Assembly: GCA_026004595.1 (NCBI GenBank)
Contig: BPJL01000003.1
Coordinates: 34,984 to 98,983 of the forward strand
Source of the DNA: Patescibacteria group bacterium
GTDB lineage: Bacteria; Patescibacteriota; WWE3; UBA101185; UBA10185
Reading direction: 5' to 3'
DNA: 64,000 nucleotides
Of the stretch, positions 18,717 to 30,561 are shown piece by piece. The position numbers were made by a program, and so were the translations under genes. The number at the start of each line of letters is the position of its first letter. Position 1 is the first letter of the stretch. Under the pieces are notes generated by a model, which saw only the letters and a program-made list of their open reading frames with translations, made no database searches and was not told the origin of the DNA.

Positions 18717-20449
18717 TTACTTTGCCACTCTCAAAACTTCCTCGAGAGTGGTAATACCTTCTACAACACGTAAATAGCCGTCTTGGATTAGAGTAAGCAT
18801 TCCAAGTTTAATAGCCTCGTCATGAATAGCCTGGGTCGGCGCCCTCTCAATAACCAAACGCGCAATTTCATCAGTCATGTACAAAAGTTCAAATATTCCG
18901 ATCCTGCCTCTATACCCCGTGTTTCCGCACTTCGGGCATCCTTTTCCTCTTGAAAGCTTTACTTTGCTACTTTCTGAAAAAGCCTTAAGTTCTTTTGCTA
19001 TCTCCGGGTCGCGACCTAATAGAACTTTGTTGGTCTCAATTTCCTGCATCACCTTTTTTATACTATTTTGAATCTCTTCAGGCGGCTCGTATTCCTCCTT
19101 GCAATCCTGGCAAACTTTTCTCACCAACCTTTGGGCAAGTATTGCATTAACAGTTGAAGCAAGCAAGAAATTTTCAACACCCATATCCAAAAGCCTAGGC
19201 AAAGCTCCTGCCGCCGAATTAGTGTGCAGGGTGGATAAAACCAAGTGTCCGGTAAGGGCTGCATGAACTGCAAGTTCAGCAGTTTCACCATCACGAATCT
19301 CGCCAACCATAATAATGTTGGGGTCCTGCCTAAGAAAAGATCTCAACCCATCTGCAAATGTAAGTCCGGCCTGCGGGTTAACTTGTACTTGATTTACACC
19401 CGGCACCCGAATTTCCACCGGATCTTCAAGTGTGATTATATTGACACGCACCGTATTTAACTTGCTCAAAGCCGAAGCTAGGGTAACGGTTTTTCCTGAA
19501 CCGGTAGGTCCTGTAACCAAAAGCATCCCGTTTGGCTTCAACGACGCTTCCTCAAATTTCTTAAGTGTGGAGCCGCGCATTCCTAGGTCCCGGAAAGAAA
19601 AAACTGTTCCTTCCTCTTTAAGCAATCTAATAACAACTTTTTCTCCGTATATAGTAGGCAGAGTAGATATTCTCAAGTCTGTTTCATTCTTTCCAACCTG
19701 AACTTTGAAACGTCCATCTTGAGGGATTCTCTTTTCATCAATTCTTCATTGACGCCAAAATTTTTATCCTTGCCACAACAGAATCATGCATTTCTTTAGG
19801 TAATTTTCTCTTTTCTTCTAAAATACCATCTATTCTGTACCTCAATCGTGAAGATTCTTCTCCAGGCTCTATGTGAATATCAGAAGCTCCAGTCTTTACC
19901 GCGGTTTCTAAAATCATTGAAACAATTCTTGCAATTGGGGCATCTCTAATGGTTGCGTCCGTTATTTCACTTCCACTTTCTTCAATTTTTAGAGTCGTTT
20001 CCGTGATCTCTTGAAGAGCTGCAGAGATTTCCTCTCCAAGTTCCTTGCCTTTTTGCTCCTTCAAGTACTTTTTCAATCGTCTTCTCGGTGGTGATGTACG
20101 GAACAACCTCATATCCTGTCTTTCTTTCAATAAAGTCAATCGTCTGCAGATCCAAAGGATCCAGCATAGCCAAAGAAAGTCTGTTTTCTTTTAGCTCAAA
20201 GGGAACAAACTTGTACTTCTTGGCAACATTTAGGGGAACTAAATCCATTAGATTCGGATCCACCTGCTCAACAGTAAGGTTGATAAAGGGCACGTTGTAA
20301 ACCACACCTAGTGCTTCTGCAAAGTCTTCCTGCTTTACATACCCCCTGTCTTTTACTATTTGCTCAATGCTTTTTCCTGTATTAACATTTTCAAATTTTA
20401 TCGCTGAAAGCTGATCCGAGTTTATCAGCTTTTTTTTCATACAAGACAT
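18717..20449 (-). CDS. pilB: type IV pilus assembly ATPase PilB (GspE family), interrupted at two places
   Basis: Three ORFs (19982..20449 N-terminal T2SSE_N domain; 19738..20139 ...ASDIHIEP region; 18717..19676 Walker A GPTGSGKT plus tetracysteine CQDC...CPKCGNTG). Together they reconstruct one PilB. Confidence 0.8.
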
Positions 20450-20660
20450 CTGCGACTGTTTTTAATGTATCTGCTTTTGGCATAGGGCAGTTAGCTTCTA
20501 CTTAAATATGTTAGCAATTCGCGGCGACACAAGCAATAAAATAATGAAATTATTTCCGATCTCAACTTACCGCAGACTCGTTACATATAAAGTATAATAC
20601 CCTTATGGGAAAAGCGGGGTACTCATCTACGGAGGTACTTTTAAAGATAGGGTAGAGATC

Positions 20661-21018
20661 TTGAGGAATCAGGGAATCGTTCATTTAGAAAACGTTTCGG
20701 ATCCCGACCTCATAATAATAGAAAAGGACAAAGAAAGAAAAAGCATTGGGATATCAGCTTCCAGAGAAAATAAAAAAATTCCTGCAGGAAAAACCGTTAA
20801 ACAAGAAGAAAAAGACGGTTGTCATTCTTTCAGCAGAACTCATGACACCCGAAGCTCAAAACGCGCTCCTCAAGATACTGGAAGAGCCTCCCTCCTATGC
20901 CGAGATTTTTCTTTTGGCTAAAACCGAGAATTCACTTTTGGACACGGTAACTTCAAGATGCATAAAGAAAAAAAGCAGAGGCGACGGAAAAGATATATTG
21001 GAGGTGACTACGAAATAA
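20661..21018 (+). CDS. short DNA polymerase III delta'-like (HolB-like) protein, frameshifted
   Basis: NALLKILEEPP and LLDTVTSRC motifs (ORF 20746..21018). The upstream part (ORF 20661..20921) is in another frame; the junction lies in an A-run (GAAAATAAAAAAATTCC). The true start is unclear. Confidence 0.45.
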
Positions 21019-21315
21019 ATGAAATTATAAGCAATGTCTCTAGGACAAAGACTTGATAAGGCAAAAGAAGTATCAGATCTGGAAAATGAAGAGATCATAG
21101 ATATGCTTGAAAGCTGGGTTATAGATTTAAGACTTAGCAGGCCCGACAATAAAAATCTATATAGAGTTAAAAAGATAGTAAACACCAAAAAAAATCCTTG
21201 AGGAAACAAACGTCAACAGGCGCTTGGCGATTGAGTCACTTTTGCTTGATTTATAGGCAAAAACTAGGCAACAAAGTATTGAACAAAACCTCCAACTGAT
21301 ATACAATCACGTGGT

Positions 21316-23303
21316 TATGGCTAATAATTACGACGAATACAGTTCGGAACAGATCCAGGTTCTAGAGGGGTCTAGAACCTGTCAGAAAAAGACCTGGAAT
21401 GTATATCGGGTCCACAGGCCAAGAAGGGACTTCACCATCTCGTAACAGAGGTTGTAAATAACTCAATGGATGAGGCCATAGGAGGGTACGCCAACCACAT
21501 CAGACTTGAATTCACAGAATACGGCTCCTGCATAGTTTACGACAATGGAAGGGGAATTCCCTATGACATCAAGAAAGGCTACGGGATAAGCGCCCTAGAA
21601 CTGGCCTTCACCAAACTTCATGCCGGAGGAAAATTTGGCGGCGGCGGGTACAAAGTATCAAGCGGTTTGCATGGGGTCGGGGCGTCAGTAGTCAACGCTT
21701 TGTCAAAGTGGTGCAGAGTAGTGGTAAAAAGAGGAAATGAAACGGTTATACAGGAGTATGAAAACGGTGGGAATGTCATTAGACCGGTAGAAAAAATAGA
21801 TATCTCAAAGCCTGAAACGATATCAAAAATTAAGGGTGCGGGGTGGGGAATAGATTTTTAACAGTTGGAACTATGAAACTGGTACAATTGTTGGAATTTT
21901 TGCCCGATAATAAAATCTTTGAAACGGTTGACTTTGATTACAAGTTTTTTATCAATCAACTAAGGGAATACGCCTACCTTACTGCAGGAGTAAAATTTGA
22001 TCTCATTGATAGAAGGAGCGAACAAAAATATTTCCTTTTACTTTGAAGGCGGGGTAAAAGCATACCTAACAGCCCTAAACAGAAACAAAACCGTACTGAA
22101 TCCAAACATTTTCCATGTCAAAAAGGATTATGAAGATGTAACAGTTGAAGTCGCTCTTCAGTACAACGACTCTTTTACCGAAAACGTGATTACCTTTGCA
22201 AACCATCTTAAAAACTCCGAGGGGAGGTACGCATTTGACAGGTTTTAGAACCGCGCTCACCAAGTGCGTAAACGACTATGCAAGAAAAGCTGGGTACCTA
22301 AAGGACAAAGACCCCAACCTATCAGGGGATGACTTGAGAGAGGGTCTCACTGCAGTTATTTCTGTCTCCTTGGATTCAACGTCATTGCAGGTTTGAGGGT
22401 CAGACTAAAGCCAAACTAGGGAACACCAACGTAAAAATCGCAGTTGAAGCAGTAGTAAAAGATGCTTTAGAAACCTTTTTTAATGAGAACCCTAAAGATG
22501 CTCAAGCAATCATAGAAAAAAATATCTTGGCCTTTAAAGCAAGGATGGCGGCGAAGGCCGCAAGGGATACTGTCATAAGAAAAACTGCTTTGGAAGGCGG
22601 CGGGGTTCTACCAGGTAAACTCGCTGACTGCTCCAAAAAAGACGCCGATAAAACAGAGCTTTTCATCGTTGAGGGAGATTCTGCAGGGGGGTCAGCTAAA
22701 CAAGGAAGAAATAGAGTGTTTCAGGCCATATTACCAATATTTGGGAAGATTCTGAACACAGAAAGAGCTCGTTTGGACAAAATAGTTGATAGCGACAAGT
22801 TTAAAGCCTTAATTATCGCCATAGGAGCAGGGATAGGAGAGCAGTACAACCCCACCAAGATAAGATACGGAAAAATAATACTTATGGCTGATGCCGACGT
22901 TGACGGAATGCACATAGTTTCTCTTTACCTTACATTTTTTTATAGACACATGCCCGAATTGATAACCGGGGGGCATATTTACGTCGCCGTGCCGCCCCTG
23001 TACAAGGCAGTTTGGGGCAAGGAGAAAAAATATCTCTTTGACGACCGCGATAGGGAAGAGTTTCTGAAAACACCCGAGGGACAAAAAGCCATAATACAGA
23101 GATTTAAGGGTTTAGGAGAAATGAACGCAGACGAATTGTGGGAAACAACCATGAATCCGGAGACAAGAAGGCTAAAACAAATAAGCGTGGATGACGCGGC
23201 TAAGGCAGACGAAGTTTTCACAATGCTAATGGGGGAAGAAGTTGCGCCCAGAAAACGTTTCATTCAAACCCATGCCAGACAGGCAAATTTGGACATTACA
23301 TAA
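21316..23303 (+). CDS. gyrB: DNA gyrase subunit B, interrupted by at least four frameshifts
   Basis: [18 protein letters not shown]..., [20 protein letters not shown] segment [13 protein letters not shown] and the C-terminal tail. The fragments are ORFs 21466..21861, 21843..22046, 21997..22248, 22196..22396 and 22527..23303. Confidence 0.85.
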
Positions 23304-23340
23304 AACATCCGTCAAAAAACATAGGGTTTCGTCCTTGAAA

Positions 23341-23365
23341 AATGTTTATAATTTTTGTAAACATT
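23341..23365 (+). promoter_or_regulatory. perfect inverted repeat AATGTTTA-N9-TAAACATT containing a TATAAT -10 element
   Basis: TATAAT at 23347-23352 sits inside the palindrome, 36 nt upstream of the ATG at 23388. Confidence 0.45.
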
Positions 23366-23387
23366 CCATTTCTATCGGAGAGAGATC

Positions 23388-23675
23388 ATGGACAATCTTC
23401 AGGAAATTACTGAGTGCCGAATCGGTAACCCCCGCATAGTGAAGAGCAACCGTGAGCACACAAGCCATCTGGTTAGAATAGAAGTAGCCATAAAGAACGG
23501 TCCTCTGCAAAAAGAGCTTGTGTTTCACATAAATGTTCGAAAGGACGAGCGAGGGTGGCACCCCCATAACCCGACCCTAGAAAGAATCAAGGAAACCATA
23601 AAAGAAGAAGGGTTTGATCCTGACACTTTTAACTTAATCATCTTTAAGACGCAGGTCATGAACGCCGTTGAATAA
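23388..23675 (+). CDS. hypothetical small protein (95 aa)
   Basis: SD GGAGAGAG. The promoter -10 is embedded in a perfect inverted repeat. A hairpin terminator follows. No recognisable family. Confidence 0.4.
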   Translation: MDNLQEITECRIGNPRIVKSNREHTSHLVRIEVAIKNGPLQKELVFHINVRKDERGWHPHNPTLERIKETIKEEGFDPDTFNLIIFKTQVMNAVE

Positions 23676-23690
23676 GCCTTTTCGCTCACC

Positions 23691-23730
23691 AGGCTCGAAA
23701 AGTCAATTTTCTTTTCGGGCCTTTTTCTTC
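23691..23730 (+). terminator. rho-independent terminator after ORF 23388..23675
   Basis: 12-bp stem AGGCTCGAAAAG / CTTTTCGGGCCT with one mismatch, followed by a T-run. Confidence 0.55.
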
Positions 23731-23790
23731 TGTTTCCAAACCTACAGAAATGACACCCCATTATATTTGATTATATTGGCAAAAAAAAGA

Positions 23791-23820
23791 TTGACAAACA
23801 AACACAACCGACATTAGAAT
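23791..23820 (+). promoter_or_regulatory. hppA promoter: TTGACA, 17-nt spacer, TTAGAAT, placing the predicted TSS at the ATG (leaderless)
   Basis: Consensus -35 TTGACA at 23791-23796. The -10 is at 23814-23820. The ATG is at 23828 and there is no SD. Confidence 0.45.
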
Positions 23821-23827
23821 TGGCGCC

Positions 23828-26048
23828 ATGATTGGATTAAAAGAATTTTCAATATTTGAAGTATCAAGTTTGCTTGGAGTTTTAGGAATAGCGGTGCTTG
23901 GACTGTTGTACGCACTTTATCTAAAACGCCAGATTTTAGCTATTGCTCTTCCTGAAGGAAAGATGAGAGAGGTGTGGAGCGGTATCAAAGAGGGTGCTGA
24001 AGCATACCTTGCGTCTCAATGGCGAATTATCCGAGTCATGATAGGAGTGTTAGTAGTGGTTCTTTTCCTAAGTGTCTGGATTGTACAACCTACTGCCGAA
24101 GCTGTAGAAGTATTTGGAAACAATGCAAGAACCATAATTGCTATAGGACGGGCGCTGGCATTTCTAGCCGGAGCAATATTTTCAGCAATGGTCGGACGAC
24201 TTGGCATGAGGATGGCCATTGACGCTTCAATAAGAGTTGCAACTCTCGCTTCTAAAGGAAAAGCTCCCGAGGCTTTAAAAACAGCCTATCGCGCGGGTAC
24301 CGTTACGGGAATGCTTACCGATGGTCTCGGTTTACTGGGAGGAACTTTAATTTTTATTTTATTCGGTAAAGCTGCCCCAGATGCATTGCTGGGATTTGGT
24401 TTTGGAGGAACGCTTTTAGCTCTGCTAATGAGGGTTGGGGGCGGAATATACACAAAAGCAGCCGATGTTGGAGCAGACCTCGTAGGAAAAGTTGAAGCCG
24501 GAATACCTGAAGATGATCCTAGAAATCCGGCTGTGGTGGCAGATTTGGTTGGAGACAATGTTGGAGACTGTGCAGGAATGGCCGCAGACATATTTGAAAG
24601 CTACGAGGTTACCATTGTATCATCGCTAATTCTAGGTCTAGCCTTAGCCTCAATCACAGGATCTGTAAAGTGGATAGTTTTTCCCCTCATAGTTCGTGGG
24701 ATAGGGGTATTAAGCTCAATTGTAGGCACTGCTTTCGTTAAGGGAAAGGCAGGAGAAAACCCACTGCACGCCATTAACCGGGGTTTTTACACCTCTGCAG
24801 CAATGTCTACAATTTTGTTCGCTGTGCTCGCACACTTCTATATGAATGAGTGGAGAGCTTTCTTTTCGGTCGTCATTGGAGTTATTCTTGCAATAATAAT
24901 AGATCATTTGACCGGTTATTTTACCGACTACACTCACGCTCCTGTTAAAAAGATTGCTGAACAGACAAAGAGTGGAGCTGCCACAACAATCCTTTCTGGA
25001 TTGTCTGTCGGAATGGAATCAAGCGTCTGGTCTATATTGGTAATTGCCCTTACGATTGTAGGAGCAATTGTCATTTATTCAGGGTTCCCCGCCGTATATG
25101 TCTTGTACGGTGTATCCTTGACAGGTATTGGAATGCTTACACTTACAGGCAACAATGTCGCAATGGATTCATTCGGTCCCATCTCTGATAATGCCGGAGG
25201 AATAGGTGAGATGTCAAAGATAGACCCCAAGGGACAAGCAATACTTGCTCGTCTTGATGCTGCAGGAAACACCACCAAGGCAATTACAAAAGGAGTTGCC
25301 ATAGGAAGTGCTGTTATTGCAGCTGTTTCTCTATTTGGTTCGTTTATCACCGATGTTGAAAAAGTCAGACCGGGAATCTTGTCCGGAGGAATTAGAGTAT
25401 CGGAGCCTCTCGTATTTGTAGGTTTGTTAATCGGAGGGGCACTACCCGATGTTGTTCAGCTCCCGCTTAATAGAAGCAGTGTCAAGAGCGGCCTCAGCCA
25501 TAATTGCTGATGTTAGAAGGCAGTTCAAGATACCGGGAATTATGGAAGGCACTAAAAAGCCTGATTATGCCAACACTGTTGCAATCTGCACCAAGTCCGC
25601 TCAAATGGAACTTATGCCCATAGCTCTGCTTGCCGTATTAAGCTCAGTGCTTGTGGGACTGCTCTTTGGAGTAGAAGCGCTCGGGGCATTTCTCGCAGGG
25701 CTGATTTTATCAGGCCAACTGCTTGCGGTTTTCATGGCCAACGCAGGAGGAGCCTGGGATAACGCCAAGAAATTTATTGAAGACGGAAACTTTGGAGGCA
25801 AAGGATCCGACGCTCATAAAGCTGGGGTAGTAGGAGATACGGTCGGCGATCCATTAAAAGATACTGCCGGTCCAGCCCTTAATCCCCTGCTTAAGGTAAT
25901 AAACCTAATTTCCGTTATCGTTGCCCCGCTATTGGTGGTAGATATAAATCCGCTAGTTAGATACAGTTTGGCATTGGCAATAATCGTCACATTGGCAAGA
26001 CTTATGTTCTTCACGAAAAAAACCGCTCTCAAAAGAGATTGTCGTTGA
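23828..26048 (+). CDS. hppA: membrane-bound proton/sodium-translocating pyrophosphatase, one frameshift near 25450-25510
   Basis: GDNVGDCAG, DVGADLVGKVE and GDTVGDPLKDTAGP motifs. About 15 TM helices. ORFs 23828..25510 and 25449..26048 are the same gene. Confidence 0.85.
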
Positions 26049-26191
26049 GAGCTAAAAGATCTTGAATTTTTAGAATCTGAAAGCCGCGCTTAGCGCGGCT
26101 TTCTTCTTCGCTGTTTGTAGGGCTTTTTTCCCTTTATTGCACTCAAAAACCAATGGAAAGACTTCTTAAAAAGTGTTAATATTGTTTAGTT

Positions 26192-28755
26192 ATGGCTGAT
26201 AAAGTCTCTCAGATAACAAAAGAGGAAGACCCTAATATTTTTAAAACTGACATTACTCAAGAAATGCAAAGCGCATATCTTGACTACGCTATGTCAGTCA
26301 TAGTCTCCAGGGCTCTTCCTGACGTAAGAGACGGTCTCAAACCGGTTCAGAGAAGAATAATATATGCAATGCAAGACCAGAACATGACGGCCGCAGGAAA
26401 ATTCCATAAATGCGCCGCGGTTGTGGGAGAAGTTCTTAAAAAGTACCACCCCCATGGAGATGTTTCCGTATACGACGCTCTTGTAAGAATGGGGCAAGAT
26501 TTCAATCTTAGGTACCCGTTAATATTTCCCCAAGGAAACTTCGGAAGCATAGATGGAGACCCTCCTGCGGCAATGAGGTATACAGAGTGTAAGCTCCAAA
26601 AAATTGCCGAAGAACTTTATTCCGACATTGATAAAGAAACAATAGACTTTGTAATGAATGATCTCCAAAATTACGAACCCTACCTATCTCCCAAGTCTTT
26701 TACCTAACTTACTTCTAAATGGGGCAACAGGCATAGCTGTGGGAATGGCAACCAACATTCCTCCTCACAACTTAACTGAAGTAATAGACGGAATTAATCT
26801 GCTCATAGAAAAAGCTATAGATATAGGAGAAAAGCCTGGAAAAGAGGATAAGGAAAAAATCGCCAAGTTGGCTTTTAGCTCATCTGCAAACGTAGAAGAT
26901 CTTGTTAAATTGATTAAAGGACCTGACTTTCCCACGGGAGGAACAATTTACGACCAAAAGGGAGATAATACAGATGTACGCAACGGGGAAGGGAAGGGTA
27001 GTGATGCGAGCCAAAATGGATATAGAAGAGGGAAGGGGCGATAAACTCAAACTGGTCATAACCGAAATCCCTTACATGATAAATAAATCCACACTTATCG
27101 CCAAAATTGCCGACCTAGTGAAAGACAAAAAAAATAGAGGGGGTTTCAGATCTTCGCGATGAGTCTAACAAACAAGGTATAAGAGTTGTCATAGAGCTGA
27201 AAAAGGAAGCCGTGGTCAAAAAAATTCAAAACCAGCTGTACAAATATACCCAACTTCAAAGCACTTTTAATGCGAACTTCGTGGCTTTGCTCGACAACGA
27301 ACCAAAACTCATGACCCTTAAAATGATTTTAGAGGAGTTTATCAAGCATAGACAGCAAATTGTTGTCAAAAGAACCATATTTTTACTCAGGAAAGCTCGC
27401 GAAAGAGAACATATCCTCCAAGGGCTTAAAATCGCTCTGGATAATCTTGATGCGGTCATCACCTTAATAAGAGGGAGTAAGGACGCGGACATAGCAAAAG
27501 AAGGGCTAATGAAAAAATTTGGCCTTTCCGAAATCCAAGCACAGGCAATACTAGACATGCAGTTGAGAAGACTTGCCGCACTGGAAAGACAGAAAATTGA
27601 GGATGAGCTAAAAGATATCATTGCAACAATAAAAGACTATGAAGATCTTGTTGCGTCCCCGACAAGAATAATTGAAACGGTACAAAAGGAACTTAACACT
27701 GTTAAAGAAAAATACGGAGATGCTAGAAAAACCATGGTTATAAAAGGAAAAGTAGGCGAGCTTTCAGACGAAGATCTTATTGTGGACGAACCCTGCATAG
27801 TATCAATAAGCAAAAGCGGATACATAAAAAGATTAAAAGAAGACACCTACAAGAAACAGGGCAGGGGAGGGAAAGGCGTGGTTGGCCAACAATTAAAAGA
27901 AGAGGACAGCATTGATACCATTAAAACCTGCTCAACTCACGACTGGGCTCTCTTTTTTCACAAACATAGGCAAAGTTTACAAAATGAGAGTGTGGGATAT
28001 ACCAGAATCCTCAAGAACGGCAAAAGGCACCCCCCTGGTCAATTTCCTTAGCATGTCTCAAAACGAGAGGGTGGAAGCCTTCCTTACGGTCACGGTTGCC
28101 GACATGGCGGAGGAAAGAGGTTTTGTTTTCTTTGTCACCGAAGGCGGAACCGTAAAAAGAACAGGAATGCCTGAATTTGCCAACATTAGATCCTCCGGGA
28201 TATTGGCCATAAAACTAGCCCAGGGTGACAATCTAGCTTTCGCAGGCCTAACCTACGGAGACGATGACATTCTTATCACAACCTTAATGGGCCAATCAAT
28301 AAGATTTCACGAAAATGAAGTGAGAGATATGGGAAGGGCGGCCGGCGGCGTTACGGGGATAAGGGCTAAGCAAAGGAAACGACAAGGTTGTGGGCTCGGT
28401 AATAATTCCCAAAAACGCCAAAAATGTTGATTTGCTTGTTGTTTCAGATAAAGGATTTGGAAAAAGAACAAGCACAACCGAGTATAAAACCCAGAGCAGA
28501 GCAGGATCAGGGATACTTACATACAAAGTAACTGAAAGGACAGGGCATCTGGTTAGCGCAAGAGCTGTTTCCACAGACAACGGATCTGACATACTTCTTG
28601 CTACCGCAAGCGGGAAAGTTCTTAGAATAAGCACAAAAAATGTGCCTGTTCTTGGCAGGGCAACTCAGGGGGTAAGGCTCATAAAACTTGACCCCGATGA
28701 CAGCTTAACATCCGCCGCCGTAATTGAAGAGGAGCTTGAAGAAACCGCAGAATAA
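26192..28755 (+). CDS. gyrA: DNA gyrase subunit A, interrupted by about five frameshifts
   Basis: N-terminal [13 protein letters not shown], GyrA-box-like beta-pinwheel repeats and an acidic tail. The fragments are ORFs 26192..26707, 26658..27044, 26974..27162, 27212..28051, 27912..28430 and 28390..28755. Confidence 0.85.
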
Positions 28756-28769
28756 TCTATTCTGAAATT

Positions 28770-29456
28770 GTGAGATTTCCCGACAAACTTTCAAATTGAA
28801 AAAAATATACACACAACAAAAGGTTACCGGTATATTGCGGGGGTTGATGAGGTGGGCAGGGGGACCTCTTGCAGGCCCTTTGGTCGCAGCTGCCGTAATA
28901 TTGGACATTGAAAAGCTGCTGGAAATGGGGAAAGAAACTCTTATAAATAACGACGTTGAATGGGGGGAAATCAAATCGTACAAAAGCGTAACTGACAGCA
29001 AAATCATAACCGCACATCAACGCGAAAAATTAAGCATATTCCTACAAAAAGAGTGCATTTCGTACTCTATTGCAATTATCACTAATACGGAAATTGATGA
29101 AAGGGGAATGGGCAGGTGTGTTCCAGATGCTTTTGAAAGGGCAGTAGACAGCCTTAGTATAAAAACCCGATTTTGTAATAACCGATTTCATTAAAATCTC
29201 ATCCTTCAGCTCAGACAGACAATTGAACATTAGGGCAGGGGATTTAAGAAGTATTAGTGTTGCAGCGGCCTCAATAATAGCTAAGGTCTATCGGGACAAC
29301 ATAATGATTGAAGAAGACAAAAGATTTCCCGTGTACGGCTTTTCCTTTCATAAAGGGTATGGAACGAAAAGGCATTTAGAGGCTCTATCCACCCACGGCC
29401 CCTGCGAAATCCATAGAAAAAGCTTCAAACCTGTCAGCCAACTAGTTAATCCTTGA
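28770..29456 (+). CDS. rnhB: ribonuclease HII, frameshifted
   Basis: YIAGVDEVGRG is in one frame and PLAGPLVAAAVIL in the next; one base is surplus in GGCAGGGGGACC. C-terminal ...ASIIAKVYRD...HKGYGTKRH. The start at 28770 is tentative. Confidence 0.7.
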
Positions 29457-29488
29457 TACCACTGACCCCTTGAAGTAGCATAATAGTT

Positions 29489-30557
29489 GTGTACATAGAA
29501 GACATAAAGACAGCACTTAGTTTTGACGATGTTCTCCTGGTGCCACAGGCTTCGCCAATAGAATCAAGAGGGGACGTAGACCTGAGCGTCAAAATTTCAG
29601 ACAAACTCCAACTGTCCATTCCAATAATTTCAACTAACATGGATTCTGTAACAGGGGTGGAAATGGCGGTAACACTTTCAAAACTTGGGGGCATGGGCAT
29701 TCTTCCCCGATTCGATATACCCGAAATTCAAGCTCAAAAGATCGCCGAAGTTAAAAAATCGGGAGCTGTTGCGGCAGGTTCTTTGGGCTGTAAATATGGG
29801 TACAAGGAAACAGCCGAGCTTTTAGTATCGGCTGGAGCAGACGTTATTTTAATGGATGTGGCGCACGGCCACCTTGATAAATTTATTGAGGCCACAAGAT
29901 TTGTCGTTGAAAGGTATGCAAAAGCCGTGACAATCATCGCGGGCGTTGTAGCCACCTATGAAGGAGCTTGCGCACTTTTTGAGGCAGGTGCTCACTGCGT
30001 AAGAATTGGGGTTGGACCGGGATCAATTTGCACAACAAGAATTGTTACCGGACACGGAGTTCCCCAGATTACAGCCATAGCTGAGGGCGCCAAGGCCGCA
30101 AAAAAATTTGGAAAAACTATTATCGCCGACGGGGGCATGAGAAATTCCGGCGATATAGTCAAAGCTTTGGCCGCGGGTGCTTCCGCCGTAACATTAGGGT
30201 TTTTGCTTGCGGGAACAGATGAAACCCCCGGCGACATCATAGAAATTGAAGGTAAAAAATACAAGGAATACAACGGTTCAACATCATCAAAAGAAAAAAT
30301 TAGGCAGTTGAGCAAGTACCCCCCAAGACAAAAATGCTTCTTATACAATCCATACCGAAGGAGTAGAGGCTCTGGTTCCTTACAGAGGCCCTTTGGAAAA
30401 GGGTTGTAACAGAACTTCTCGCGGGGGTTAGATCTGGGTTTAGCTATTCTGGAGCCAGAAATATACAGGAGCTTTGGGAAAAGACCAAATTCATACGCAT
30501 TACACAGGCAGGAATGAGGGAAAGCAACGCTCATGATGTTATGCTACTAAACCGTTA
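29489..30557 (+). CDS. IMP dehydrogenase/GMP reductase-family enzyme without CBS domains, frameshifted near the 3' end
   Basis: Catalytic loop [12 protein letters not shown] and [18 protein letters not shown]. The C-terminal ...[15 protein letters not shown] lies in another frame after C- and G-runs near 30330-30420. Confidence 0.7.
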
Positions 30558-30561
30558 GGAA

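Noticed and set aside
24016-25350. Several 60-100 aa ORFs on both strands inside hppA (for example 24286..24591(-), 25075..25350(-))
   Set aside because: They lie within a confidently identified membrane pyrophosphatase gene. Pro/Ser/Ala-rich antisense translations.
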